Positions 52,701 to 60,795 of a stretch of DNA of 64,000 nucleotides are shown here, piece by piece (position 1 is the first letter of the stretch; each line of letters opens with the position of its first letter). The notes below the pieces were generated by a model. It did not search any database, was not told where the DNA came from, and worked only from the letters and a program-made list of their open reading frames with translations. Source of the DNA: a virus. Location of the stretch: IMG/VR virus record IMGVR_UViG_3300025141_016157, positions 32,001 through 96,000 of that record, one strand, 5' to 3'. The position numbers and the translations under genes were made by a program.

Positions 52701-53389
52701 CAGTAAAGGACAAAAAGAAAGTTGCAATTAACTCAATTAAGAATGCAAATAGCGCATATGTCAGTAAGGGTCTTGAGAAGCAAAATCATATGAAGACGAG
52801 ATATGAAGTACAGTTCTTTGATTTAGATGCACCAAAGGTTGATGGAAAACTATATGTTTGGCATGAGGATTTAATGCCAAATCCCGATATGCTATTTATG
52901 GTTCGAGTAAGTCTTTTGCTTGATCCCGTTGCTACTGTTGCAGGACTTGGGCAGATGGTAGTTAATGAGACAGCATCTAAATATATGGGATTTCCTGCTG
53001 ACGCATTAAATATTTTCACAACTGATGCTGCTGAGTTTATGCATCCTGCAAACAATCCGATAACGAGAGCATTTGAAAATTCTGGCGGGCGGGGTCTAGC
53101 AGGTGTCTTGCAAAGTTTATCATATGACTGGTATGATAATACAATTCCATGGGAGACTGAGTGGGGCTCTAGGGCACCAATGATGGCAAAAGTAAGTGTA
53201 ACATTTGATGTTATTCATGATCTACCTCCGGGAATTGACTCCAGCGGATATAACAGAGCACCTGTATATAACGTAGGAAGGACTATGAATGCAATTTCAG
53301 GTGACGAAAATCCAGATCATGGGCAAGGCTCTAGGCAATCCTATACACGTGCAGGTATAAAAGCAGTTCAAAAACTTAAGAAGGAGTAG
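49775..53389 (+). CDS. Large baseplate/tail-tube-initiator-like protein
   Basis: C-terminal FHAFLTNLSDSF...GYGRIDPVYIYKDTKRTVTFSF..P.VRLRIGD tube-like domain. Lies between the TMP and LysM-like genes. Confidence 0.6.
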   Translation: MSREKLGEFLESYTEGSTTTPGKISYTNRDRDGQGLDPGVDDLGIDPGSGRPLLQHNSKGPQGISLVNDFLSFLTNHAPNYYKLKQGATTAQSVKHLTEDGSPVVLKAAENTSAENVFVKTAESAGDGLGATMSQYSNSGYLDGLNNIVSKLGDITDPSMDEGPGPHSGNKLLTSIEGQDQNVTGKTFVDTTVDDLEQNSLNAVQGMLQERNRFNTSQERAFAPYDNSQLSKNMKTGKDGQGSRTAQSEYGSFVKSAPEMVNNDLAHVGRSMILQALGIDWSDSPGGATNPNEFEYDTESVIVNGAAMVLNTPTSVQFPRAKNAYGAPVVGDGVDSSPLSEGAFETDGESHSYGGHYTPDLAYSSPKSRAVLRARAAAVIIGMVIATKTVSDSLDIAYSTIELGRSHGKLGEAKRFAANAKTQVFQRLVIPVTRFPYSDCLNMGLTMLFGTSDMSFDKIKNVSNHQTISEAPGFWYAIGKSMLQKFAAASTSLTKNLESFESDPVGSSTAILADVTRSGIVGVINSIVQIGDIGLFSTGGTANLQNAANGGVRPWNVDSLVEGPQTRISKSRVNTNGQTSAALAWRGMSAPSLYLLPRNVIKAVVDSNTLNWGPNPIKAHTATSLIEKSYIDVNGYGPTAGISRGRIPTDVRRKMENTLDAEYVPFYFHDVRTNEMIGFHAFLTNLSDSFSPQFSSNKGYGRIDPVYIYKDTKRTVTFSFYVAATSKEDFDEMWFKINKLTTLVYPQWSKGSGLVDGDDNKIVQPFSQVIGATPLVRLRIGDVIRGNYSRFNLGRMFGIGTDEFKIADNTFGLGGGSSGFVNMTAPWTTAVSDFMIDYIFSTAYGSPMALLPFSGDAGASVADKLVRSVVGTGMEALGGSGIVNPIGAALILGELSNPDSDEAIADSLGTSNVVLDGVAALASKIATGRAKSNLGTGGGYTGTSFPFLKPSSNIGYTLVTESGETKLRTTIPYRVAVKDKKKVAINSIKNANSAYVSKGLEKQNHMKTRYEVQFFDLDAPKVDGKLYVWHEDLMPNPDMLFMVRVSLLLDPVATVAGLGQMVVNETASKYMGFPADALNIFTTDAAEFMHPANNPITRAFENSGGRGLAGVLQSLSYDWYDNTIPWETEWGSRAPMMAKVSVTFDVIHDLPPGIDSSGYNRAPVYNVGRTMNAISGDENPDHGQGSRQSYTRAGIKAVQKLKKE

Positions 53390-53394
53390 TATAA

Positions 53395-53691
53395 ATGTCA
53401 ATAGGAAGATACACATTTTCAGTGTCAATTGGTGAGGGAAAGGGAAAGTCAAACCCGAGAGTGTCAAGCAAAATATATACTGCCGTTACAACAGGTGCAA
53501 TTCCTATATCAATAAGAAAGCTAGAAAGGGGAGAGAGGCTAGACACAATATCAATGGATGCATATGGATCACCTGTCTATTGGTGGGTTATAGCAGCAGC
53601 ATCAGGGATAGGCTGGGGATTACAAGTACCACCTGGTACAACTATTAGAATACCAGTTAATATAGGACAGATATTAGGAATGGTGACATAG
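53395..53691 (+). CDS. LysM-like baseplate protein (gp53/P2 gpX-like)
   Basis: GERLDTIS..AYGSPVYWWVIAAAS...VPPGTTIRIP. Confidence 0.8.
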   Translation: MSIGRYTFSVSIGEGKGKSNPRVSSKIYTAVTTGAIPISIRKLERGERLDTISMDAYGSPVYWWVIAAASGIGWGLQVPPGTTIRIPVNIGQILGMVT

Positions 53692-56600
53692 ATGGCATTT
53701 AAAGATATATTCACATCTGACGATACAATGAAAGTACCTCCAGAAAACAGGCTTGACCTAGCAGTGACAGCTCTAAGCAAGTACTATATGTCAACTGCAT
53801 CCGAAACAGAGTTAAAAAATTATAAAAGAGGGAATTCAAGTGATGATAAATCTATTGCAGAGGAAAAGCTAAATGCAAGAAAAGAATCATCAGAAGTGAA
53901 GAGAAAATTAAGATCACTTATTCAAGATACATCCATGGGCGGATTATTTGTTAACGAGATTATCAGGAAGGTTGAGGAAGATACAGTTTTAAAATCCTAC
54001 AAAGGTATTCAAAATATTTTAAAGGTTAAGTTTGAAAGTCATGCGCCAGGAGTTATAAACTCAACAGTTGAAAATGATAACGATAGAGGTATAAATGCAC
54101 AATGTGGTCAACTAATTGTTCAATCACCTGCAGAGTCACCAGATGATAGTGCACAGGCAGCTGCTGATGCAGTATCAGGAGATAGCGACGGAGATGGCGA
54201 TGAACCAGCGGGAATTGTTAATTCAGTAGTTGGGGGAAATGCATCGGGAATCCCAGATGCAATAAACAATCCATGGCTTTCTGCAATACTTGTCAACGAT
54301 AGCACTTTAACACCGGGAAATAATAGAAATGTAGCTGGTTCATTATTTTTCAATAGCATTCCAACAACTGAGATGTCGCAGTGTTCACCCTTTATCAAGA
54401 TTACGTTTATCACAGAAAATGATAATTTTCTAGACGGTGCCAGATCAATGACACTGCAGGGATTTACAAAAGCTTCTGACACATCTATGTGGGATTGGTC
54501 AACTGGAAAAAATATAGATTGGAACACACTTAGCCTAAGAAGGGATGCTGGGTTTGATGTTTCCGGTGAGGTATCAGCAGCAGCAATATCTGAAGAGGCA
54601 CCAGCAAACTCTGCGCTTAGAGAGTTCGAGGGGCTGACAATAGATGCTACCAGGGTCATAAGCAGCGGTATTGAACTATTTCAGGCACCACAAACTCTAA
54701 ACAATCTTGGTGTTGCTGATGACCCAGCACTGGGAGGAGCTCTTAATCCCTCTGCACCCCTAGCTTCATTGCAAAGATTAAGCATTGATATTAGTGGATT
54801 AGGTCTTTCTACACTTTGTAATAAAACTGCATCCATGGAGTTTATTTTACATGATAGATCTCAAATGAGGCTTATAGCACCCATAGTAGGTGCAAGCTCA
54901 TTTGCCGGGACACATGTTGAGATTGAGTATGGCTGGATGCACCCACAGGCATCGTTTGCTCAATCTGGTAATGTCTACGCAAACTTTCTAAACTCACTCA
55001 GGTCAAAGTCATTATTCAATATTCAGGTTGCAGATTTATCAGTTCTAGAGGATGGGCAAGTTAGAGTTAATTTAAAATTAGCCTCTAGGGGTGCAGCAGA
55101 AATGAATGCTGTTCCTGCTGCTAGTGGTGTATCGAAAGTTTCTGCAGCTATGATAGCTCCATTTTTAAATAAAGTTTTATCACAAATGTCTCATATGAAA
55201 TCTAAGTCATTCCAAGAGTCACAGCAGGCAGCAGCAGATGCAGAATCAGCATCAGAATATGTTGCTGCTGCAGCTAGAACAGCAGATAGAGAGCTTCTTG
55301 ACATTCAAAGAGGATTTTCTGCACAGGCAAACTTCAATACACCGAGAGCTATGATAGATCTTGGTTTGTATAGAGAGCTATTGTCCAATCTAAGGTCTGG
55401 AGCATCTTCTGTCGCACAATCTGCTGCAATATCATCTGCAATAGAGATAATTAATGATATTATGACAACTGCAGATGAAGATCAGGACTCAAGCGGTGCC
55501 AGGGTTACACTAGCAAGTGAGCTTGAAGCAAAAAGAGCAATGCTTGAAAGGCTTGATATCTTTGATAATGGAACAAATACTCCTGTGCAGGAAGTTGAAG
55601 CAGAGGATAGAGCAGCAGAAGGTGCTGCACCCGTTGATGCAAACGCAGAAGACGCAAGTACAAATAGAGGAACAATATCTCCAACCTTAGGGTCAGTTTT
55701 ATTGACATATATCGGAAGGCCCTTGCAGGCAATTGGAAAATGGGATGAAGTTCAAATGATTTTCTATCCGTTTAACTATCAAGCTGGTGCAATGACAATG
55801 ACAAATATTGCAAACTTTAGGCTTACTGGATTTCCAGACTTTTTAATGAAAATAATTGATGAAAGACCTTTCTGCTCGACGGCTCAATTTGCAGAAAAGC
55901 TATTTAAAGATGCATGTGGTCCTGAAACTATATCACATCCAAACTACTGGGGTGATGAAGCATACGCAAGAGTTGATCAGGAAGCACTTCGTGAGCTAGG
56001 AACAAGAGAAGAAAGGCTAGAGGCTATACAGGATGTACGACTTGCAAACGAAGCAGCATTATCAAGAATATATAGCACTCGCGGTAGAGAGCTTGCACCA
56101 GAGTTTGAAGTTCCAGATATTACTATGCTTACTGAGTGTGTTCCTGCAAAATCTTCACCTGAAGGACAGTCTAAATCAATTCTAAGGATTCATGTTTTCG
56201 ATGCAAAAGCAGGAGTACCAATAGAGGCAAATTTACTATCACAAATAGTTCAAGGAAATGAGCTTGCAATTAGAGTCAAACCAGAGGGTATACAACCTAG
56301 TTCAGATGCATCTGAGGAAGACGAGGCTGATCAAGGCACTGTTGCAGAAAGTGAAAGTGATGAAGCAGCAGCAGAGCAACTAGCCGGGATAGTTGCAAAT
56401 GATGAAGTTGGTCAAGGAGAGTCTGATGCAACAGATGCTGTTCCCGTGCCTCATACACTTTATATTTCAAAAATATCAGCAGAAATGATTAAAGATGCAA
56501 TAAAGTCAGTATACCCATCAATAACTTTCGGGTCACAATTTACAAATGTATTTAGCTTTGGAATGTCTTCTAATACAGGCGGAGCAGTAAATCAGGTTTT

Positions 56601-56934
56601 ACTGCTTAACGCCATTGAACAAAACAGGGATGAAGACTCAGGACCACAAAGAAACTCTAATATAGACGATGTATTTGTCATTCCTACAAATGCAACGTTA
56701 CAAACAGCTGGGTTTCCCAATGTTACTTACGGTCAAAAATACTATATTGACATGGGAACAGGAACAACAGCTGATAACTTCTACTATGTAGTTGGAATCA
56801 GACACACGTTGACACCGGGATCGTATGAGACTACTTTAACGCTAACATATAATGGATCAGGAACAAGTAGGTCTTTAAGAACTGCAATGTCAACAGTTGC
56901 CGGTGTTGTATACCCGGGTGATAGTGTAGGATAA
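53692..56934 (+). CDS. Baseplate hub-like protein (gp27/P2 gpD-like) with large insertions
   Basis: VEIEYGW and C-terminal GFP....GQ.YYID.GT...YYVVGIRHTLTPG.YETTL. Follows the LysM-like gene. Confidence 0.6.
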   Translation: MAFKDIFTSDDTMKVPPENRLDLAVTALSKYYMSTASETELKNYKRGNSSDDKSIAEEKLNARKESSEVKRKLRSLIQDTSMGGLFVNEIIRKVEEDTVLKSYKGIQNILKVKFESHAPGVINSTVENDNDRGINAQCGQLIVQSPAESPDDSAQAAADAVSGDSDGDGDEPAGIVNSVVGGNASGIPDAINNPWLSAILVNDSTLTPGNNRNVAGSLFFNSIPTTEMSQCSPFIKITFITENDNFLDGARSMTLQGFTKASDTSMWDWSTGKNIDWNTLSLRRDAGFDVSGEVSAAAISEEAPANSALREFEGLTIDATRVISSGIELFQAPQTLNNLGVADDPALGGALNPSAPLASLQRLSIDISGLGLSTLCNKTASMEFILHDRSQMRLIAPIVGASSFAGTHVEIEYGWMHPQASFAQSGNVYANFLNSLRSKSLFNIQVADLSVLEDGQVRVNLKLASRGAAEMNAVPAASGVSKVSAAMIAPFLNKVLSQMSHMKSKSFQESQQAAADAESASEYVAAAARTADRELLDIQRGFSAQANFNTPRAMIDLGLYRELLSNLRSGASSVAQSAAISSAIEIINDIMTTADEDQDSSGARVTLASELEAKRAMLERLDIFDNGTNTPVQEVEAEDRAAEGAAPVDANAEDASTNRGTISPTLGSVLLTYIGRPLQAIGKWDEVQMIFYPFNYQAGAMTMTNIANFRLTGFPDFLMKIIDERPFCSTAQFAEKLFKDACGPETISHPNYWGDEAYARVDQEALRELGTREERLEAIQDVRLANEAALSRIYSTRGRELAPEFEVPDITMLTECVPAKSSPEGQSKSILRIHVFDAKAGVPIEANLLSQIVQGNELAIRVKPEGIQPSSDASEEDEADQGTVAESESDEAAAEQLAGIVANDEVGQGESDATDAVPVPHTLYISKISAEMIKDAIKSVYPSITFGSQFTNVFSFGMSSNTGGAVNQVLLLNAIEQNRDEDSGPQRNSNIDDVFVIPTNATLQTAGFPNVTYGQKYYIDMGTGTTADNFYYVVGIRHTLTPGSYETTLTLTYNGSGTSRSLRTAMSTVAGVVYPGDSVG

Positions 56935-56943
56935 AATAACATA

Positions 56944-56972
56944 TTGAAAATACAGGGATTGGATGTTATAAT
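56944..56972 (+). promoter_or_regulatory. Strong sigma70-like promoter (extended -10)
   Basis: TTGAAA-N17-TATAAT with TGn. The ATG at 56979 sits at the predicted +1. Confidence 0.75.
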
Positions 56973-56978
56973 CAATCT

Positions 56979-58163
56979 ATGATTTTAGCAATTTCATCTC
57001 GAACAATAGGGTCTGATCTCAATTTAATCTTCGATGGATCAGAATGGTCATGGTCAAAGAATTTTCCGAAAGAATCTCTTCTCTGGGGTTTTGAAGACTA
57101 TAGAGATTTAAGAGATGCAGCTAGCTCACTAAAGCTAGATATTCCAGAATTTTGGAATACACCGTGGGGAAATGCTCAATCACACGTTCAAAAAAAGTTT
57201 TCATATGTAAAGTGGCAACATGCACTCCCGGTATCACAGTGGAAAGATATAGTAACAAGGCTTGTAGATCAGCTCTGGAGACATTTCTCATGTGAAGATA
57301 ACAGTTACTATGTTAGTACTCACATAAGAAATCGTAGAATCACCCAGGGACTCTCTAGGCCTATTGTATCGGACGCTCTGTGTAGGGAGAAGATAGATAG
57401 CGCAAAGAACGGAAAAAGAGGGCTTGTAGAAAGATTTTTGCCTATAGATGATGGAAAGCCAGAAAGGTCGATATACTCATTTTCAAACACAGTTACTGGT
57501 AGAATGACAATAAAAAAAGGTCCAAACATTCTTACTTTAAAAAAAGAAGATAGAAATATTCTTAAATCTAGATTTAAGAATGGAAAACTTATAGAGATAG
57601 ACCTTCAATCTGCAGAGCCAAGAGTTGCACTTTCTATGTTTGACAAACATATAGACGGAGACATATACAGTGAGATAATAAAGTCGCTTGGCATGAATAT
57701 TACAAGAGATATATCAAAAATTGCAACAATATCAGCACTCTATGGTGCATCACATCATGCTTTGTCATCACATGTTTCAAATAGCTCTGATGCAATGAAA
57801 ATCATAGATTCAGTAAAGGAGTACTTTGGAGTCAGGCATTTAGAAAAAATGATTATAGATCAACACAGTGAGAACTCGTATATTACAAATACGCATGGTA
57901 GAAAAATCTTTTCAGAATCAGCCAGCGTTAATCATTTAATACAGTCATCTACTGTAGATGTTGCATTTGATGTTTTCGAATTGATTATAGGAAAGATAAA
58001 AGAGTTGAAAATAGATGCAGTTCCAGTGTATATTATACACGATGCTATTATCTTCGATGCTAGAGAAAAAGATCTTGAAAAAATTTATAAAATATGTGAA
58101 GATGGGTTTGTATCAAAAACTGTGAAGACTAGATTTCCAGTTAAAATAAAGGAGATAGAATGA
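56979..58163 (+). CDS. Minimal family A DNA polymerase (polymerase domain only)
   Basis: TVTGRMT..GPN, motif A DLQSAEPR, motif B RDISKIATISALYG, NHLIQS and motif C IIHDAIIFD. Confidence 0.85.
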   Translation: MILAISSRTIGSDLNLIFDGSEWSWSKNFPKESLLWGFEDYRDLRDAASSLKLDIPEFWNTPWGNAQSHVQKKFSYVKWQHALPVSQWKDIVTRLVDQLWRHFSCEDNSYYVSTHIRNRRITQGLSRPIVSDALCREKIDSAKNGKRGLVERFLPIDDGKPERSIYSFSNTVTGRMTIKKGPNILTLKKEDRNILKSRFKNGKLIEIDLQSAEPRVALSMFDKHIDGDIYSEIIKSLGMNITRDISKIATISALYGASHHALSSHVSNSSDAMKIIDSVKEYFGVRHLEKMIIDQHSENSYITNTHGRKIFSESASVNHLIQSSTVDVAFDVFELIIGKIKELKIDAVPVYIIHDAIIFDAREKDLEKIYKICEDGFVSKTVKTRFPVKIKEIE

Positions 58164-58741
58164 CCTCAAAAATAGAAGAAAAAATAAGATTAAATTGGGA
58201 AAAATACCAAATGCTATCAGAAAAACTTGGTGACGAAAATATAAATATTTTTCTTGAATTTATGGGTGAAAGGCTTGTCATGTGTCCTGCATCGCTTAAA
58301 GAAAATGAGTATAACTCAAGACCTGGTGGGCTTATTGAACATGCACTAGATGTTGCATTAGCAATGAAATCTATTAATGAAGCTTTAGACCTTGGTGTTT
58401 CAACATCATCTATTTTAAAAGTTGGTCTTTTTCATGAAGTTGGAAAGATAGGAGATGAGGAGAATTCTTGGGTAGTTGAACAAGATTCTGACTGGCATCG
58501 CGAAAAGCTTAAGCAAAATTATAAATATAATGAAAATGCTCCTAAGATGTCTATATCGCATAGAACACTATATCTACTTCAAAAATTTAATATTAATCTT
58601 ACACAAGATGAGTGGATTGCAATTCAGATTGCACCCGGATCACACTATGAAGAGAATAGGTTTTATGTCGGATCAGAACCTCCACTAGGTATCCTTTTAC
58701 AAAAAGCTAAGTCTTTAGTAATTCATCAGTCAACAAGCTAG
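58160..58741 (+). CDS. HD-superfamily protein (degenerate: HE instead of HD)
   Basis: CPAS...GGLIEHALDV...LFHEVGKIG...LT.DEWIAI. Confidence 0.7.
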   Translation: MTSKIEEKIRLNWEKYQMLSEKLGDENINIFLEFMGERLVMCPASLKENEYNSRPGGLIEHALDVALAMKSINEALDLGVSTSSILKVGLFHEVGKIGDEENSWVVEQDSDWHREKLKQNYKYNENAPKMSISHRTLYLLQKFNINLTQDEWIAIQIAPGSHYEENRFYVGSEPPLGILLQKAKSLVIHQSTS

Positions 58742-58761
58742 GAATAGAATATTTATATGAT

Positions 58762-60480
58762 ATGCCTACTAAGAAAGATAATTTTTTAAAAAGATATTTC
58801 ACACAAAGGTCTGATCTATCAGGACCAATTTCAAGATCTGGCGATGGCTTCGGTGCTGCTGGTGCTATGGGTAGTGGAGATGGGTATAAAGAAAAAATAG
58901 GAAGGGAAAAGATACCGTGGTATCTAAGCGACTTTAGAGGTCAACCATCTATGGCAGCGGACTCAGGATTCTCTTCAATAGTTATGTCAAGAGTAAATAA
59001 GGGAAGAGATGAAATTCACGATCCTAAGAGAATGTTTCCAGATCAAGATGTGAAAGATTCAGATGAGGAAGATAATTACTTATCAAGGGCTCAGCATAAA
59101 ATGAAAGAATCATCACAAAAATATTTTAATGAAAATCATATAGTAAAAAATTCCCAATATTCCCTATCAGAGTTGTCATCCCTTATGGGTGAAGATATTG
59201 ACTGGGAAAGGTTTATACCTGATCCCGTTGAAGACTTGGGATCAAGTATTTCAACAGGCATAAGTGATAACTGGAGATCATTAGTTCCCGACTCACTAGA
59301 AGATGAGGCCGAAGATGCTTACGAGTATGTATCAGATCTTTTATCACAGGCAGCCACCCAGGGAGAAGAGGCGTATGACTTACTTTCAGATAAGATAGAT
59401 ACTCTTACACAAGATTCTGAAACGTTTAGAGACGTTAAAGATATAGCAATGGAAGTCGGCAGAGACTTTATAGCACTAACTGCTGCTGGGATACCAGTAA
59501 TCGGAACACCTCTTGCCGCCGCTTATGTTTTATACAATCTATCAGAGCTAGACGAAGGGCAAGAGCAGGCAAGAAGGTCTATAGATCTACTCTTGACTAA
59601 TGGATCGTATGAAAATCTTGAAAATATGCAAAGAGTATCTGGCGATCTATTTGATGATTACATAGATCTTCTTCAGGCGTCGACATATCTTATTCCGTTT
59701 GTTGGAGTTGGAAGGGGAATTGTTGGGACAGCGGGAAAGCTTTTAAATAGAACAAAAGCTACAACAGCAACTGCTTTTTTAGGCCTAACTGGTTCAAGTG
59801 TTCTAAAGTCTGCTATAAAATCAGAAATACTGCTTAGTAATGTCTTTAAGATTGCAGCCAGGATGGCAAACTCAGACGTTGCTGACTCCCTAGGTTTAGA
59901 CAAAACTTACTTTTTTGATTCAATTGTTAAAATACCATCTACGCTAATAGTCATGGCAGATATTATAGAAGAGGCGATTAAGCAGTATGAATCATGGGAA
60001 CAGTCAGGATCACATTCACAATTTAGATTTAATCCCTCACCTCTTTCACTACAAAGAAGTGAAATTCAAAGTTCTGAAGAGAGGTTAGCAAGTGATGACT
60101 ATTTGACAGGTATCGAAGAGTGGATAAGGTCTGTTTCTAGAGACGTTACAGATTCAGTCCTGGGATCAGGACCAGATATAACAATTGAGGCAAAAAAAAT
60201 GAAAGATAATGAGAAGATATTAAGAGCATTTATTAGAGAGTCAATCTATCATACTACAAGAACTGAGCTAGAAGCAAAACCAGCCGGATGGGAGTACAGA
60301 GTACCACCCACATCAGATGAAGATGATACATCTGCAATGGGATCAGGAAAAGATCTTGTTAATTTTAAAACAGACATGGGATATGCAAGCTATCAGTCAA
60401 GACCAGAGAATATAAAAGAACAAGCGCTAAGACGAATTATTAGAAGAAAAATTAGAATTTCTGAGTCTAAAAAAAAGTAG
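58762..60480 (+). CDS. Hypothetical protein, candidate internal virion/ejection protein
   Basis: 572 aa with hydrophobic GIPVIG and LIPFVG helices, LRAFIRES motif, and ATATTTA 6 nt upstream. Confidence 0.6.
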   Translation: MPTKKDNFLKRYFTQRSDLSGPISRSGDGFGAAGAMGSGDGYKEKIGREKIPWYLSDFRGQPSMAADSGFSSIVMSRVNKGRDEIHDPKRMFPDQDVKDSDEEDNYLSRAQHKMKESSQKYFNENHIVKNSQYSLSELSSLMGEDIDWERFIPDPVEDLGSSISTGISDNWRSLVPDSLEDEAEDAYEYVSDLLSQAATQGEEAYDLLSDKIDTLTQDSETFRDVKDIAMEVGRDFIALTAAGIPVIGTPLAAAYVLYNLSELDEGQEQARRSIDLLLTNGSYENLENMQRVSGDLFDDYIDLLQASTYLIPFVGVGRGIVGTAGKLLNRTKATTATAFLGLTGSSVLKSAIKSEILLSNVFKIAARMANSDVADSLGLDKTYFFDSIVKIPSTLIVMADIIEEAIKQYESWEQSGSHSQFRFNPSPLSLQRSEIQSSEERLASDDYLTGIEEWIRSVSRDVTDSVLGSGPDITIEAKKMKDNEKILRAFIRESIYHTTRTELEAKPAGWEYRVPPTSDEDDTSAMGSGKDLVNFKTDMGYASYQSRPENIKEQALRRIIRRKIRISESKKK

Positions 60481-60698
60481 ATAGTGATAATGAGCCTCTA
60501 GATATTGATGAAGATTGCTCAGCAGAACACATCGACGAATTTAGCTCAATAGGCGGCGGATCAATTTCCGGATACACACTTCCCCTTGGAATGAAAGGCA
60601 AGGGAAGCGCAATGGATAGTGTCTTTCCCTGGAAGAAAGTAAAAAATAAGTCACAAAGTAAGAAAAAAAGATCAAAAAAGACTTCTAAAAAATCTTGA
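60471..60698 (+). CDS. Start-less -1 frame extension of ORF 58762 (73 aa after the slippery site)
   Basis: After A_AAA_AAG the -1 frame reads VDSDNEPLDIDEDCSAEHIDEFSSIGGGSISGYTLPLGMKGKG...KKTSKKS* and fills the gap up to the next promoter. Confidence 0.6.
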   Translation, partial: KKVDSDNEPLDIDEDCSAEHIDEFSSIGGGSISGYTLPLGMKGKGSAMDSVFPWKKVKNKSQSKKKRSKKTSKKS

Positions 60699-60723
60699 AA
60701 ATATTTTCTATTTGCTGTAATAT
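60695..60723 (+). promoter_or_regulatory. Sigma70-like promoter for SSB
   Basis: TTGAAA-N17-TAATAT. Confidence 0.6.
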
Positions 60724-60795
60724 CATTATGCAATGGCAAATTAAACATTAAAAACTAACACATTGCAATTTAAAAACTAAAAGGAAAAAAATAAC

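Noticed and set aside
38935-56934. Bacterial eCIS/tailocin interpretation of the double-sheath cluster
   Set aside because: Terminase, portal, protease, capsid and replication genes are on the same contig, so this is a phage.
56979-58741. Z-genome (DpoZ/DatZ) system
   Set aside because: No purZ is in the window, the polymerase is much shorter than a full phage PolA, and the HD motif is degenerate.
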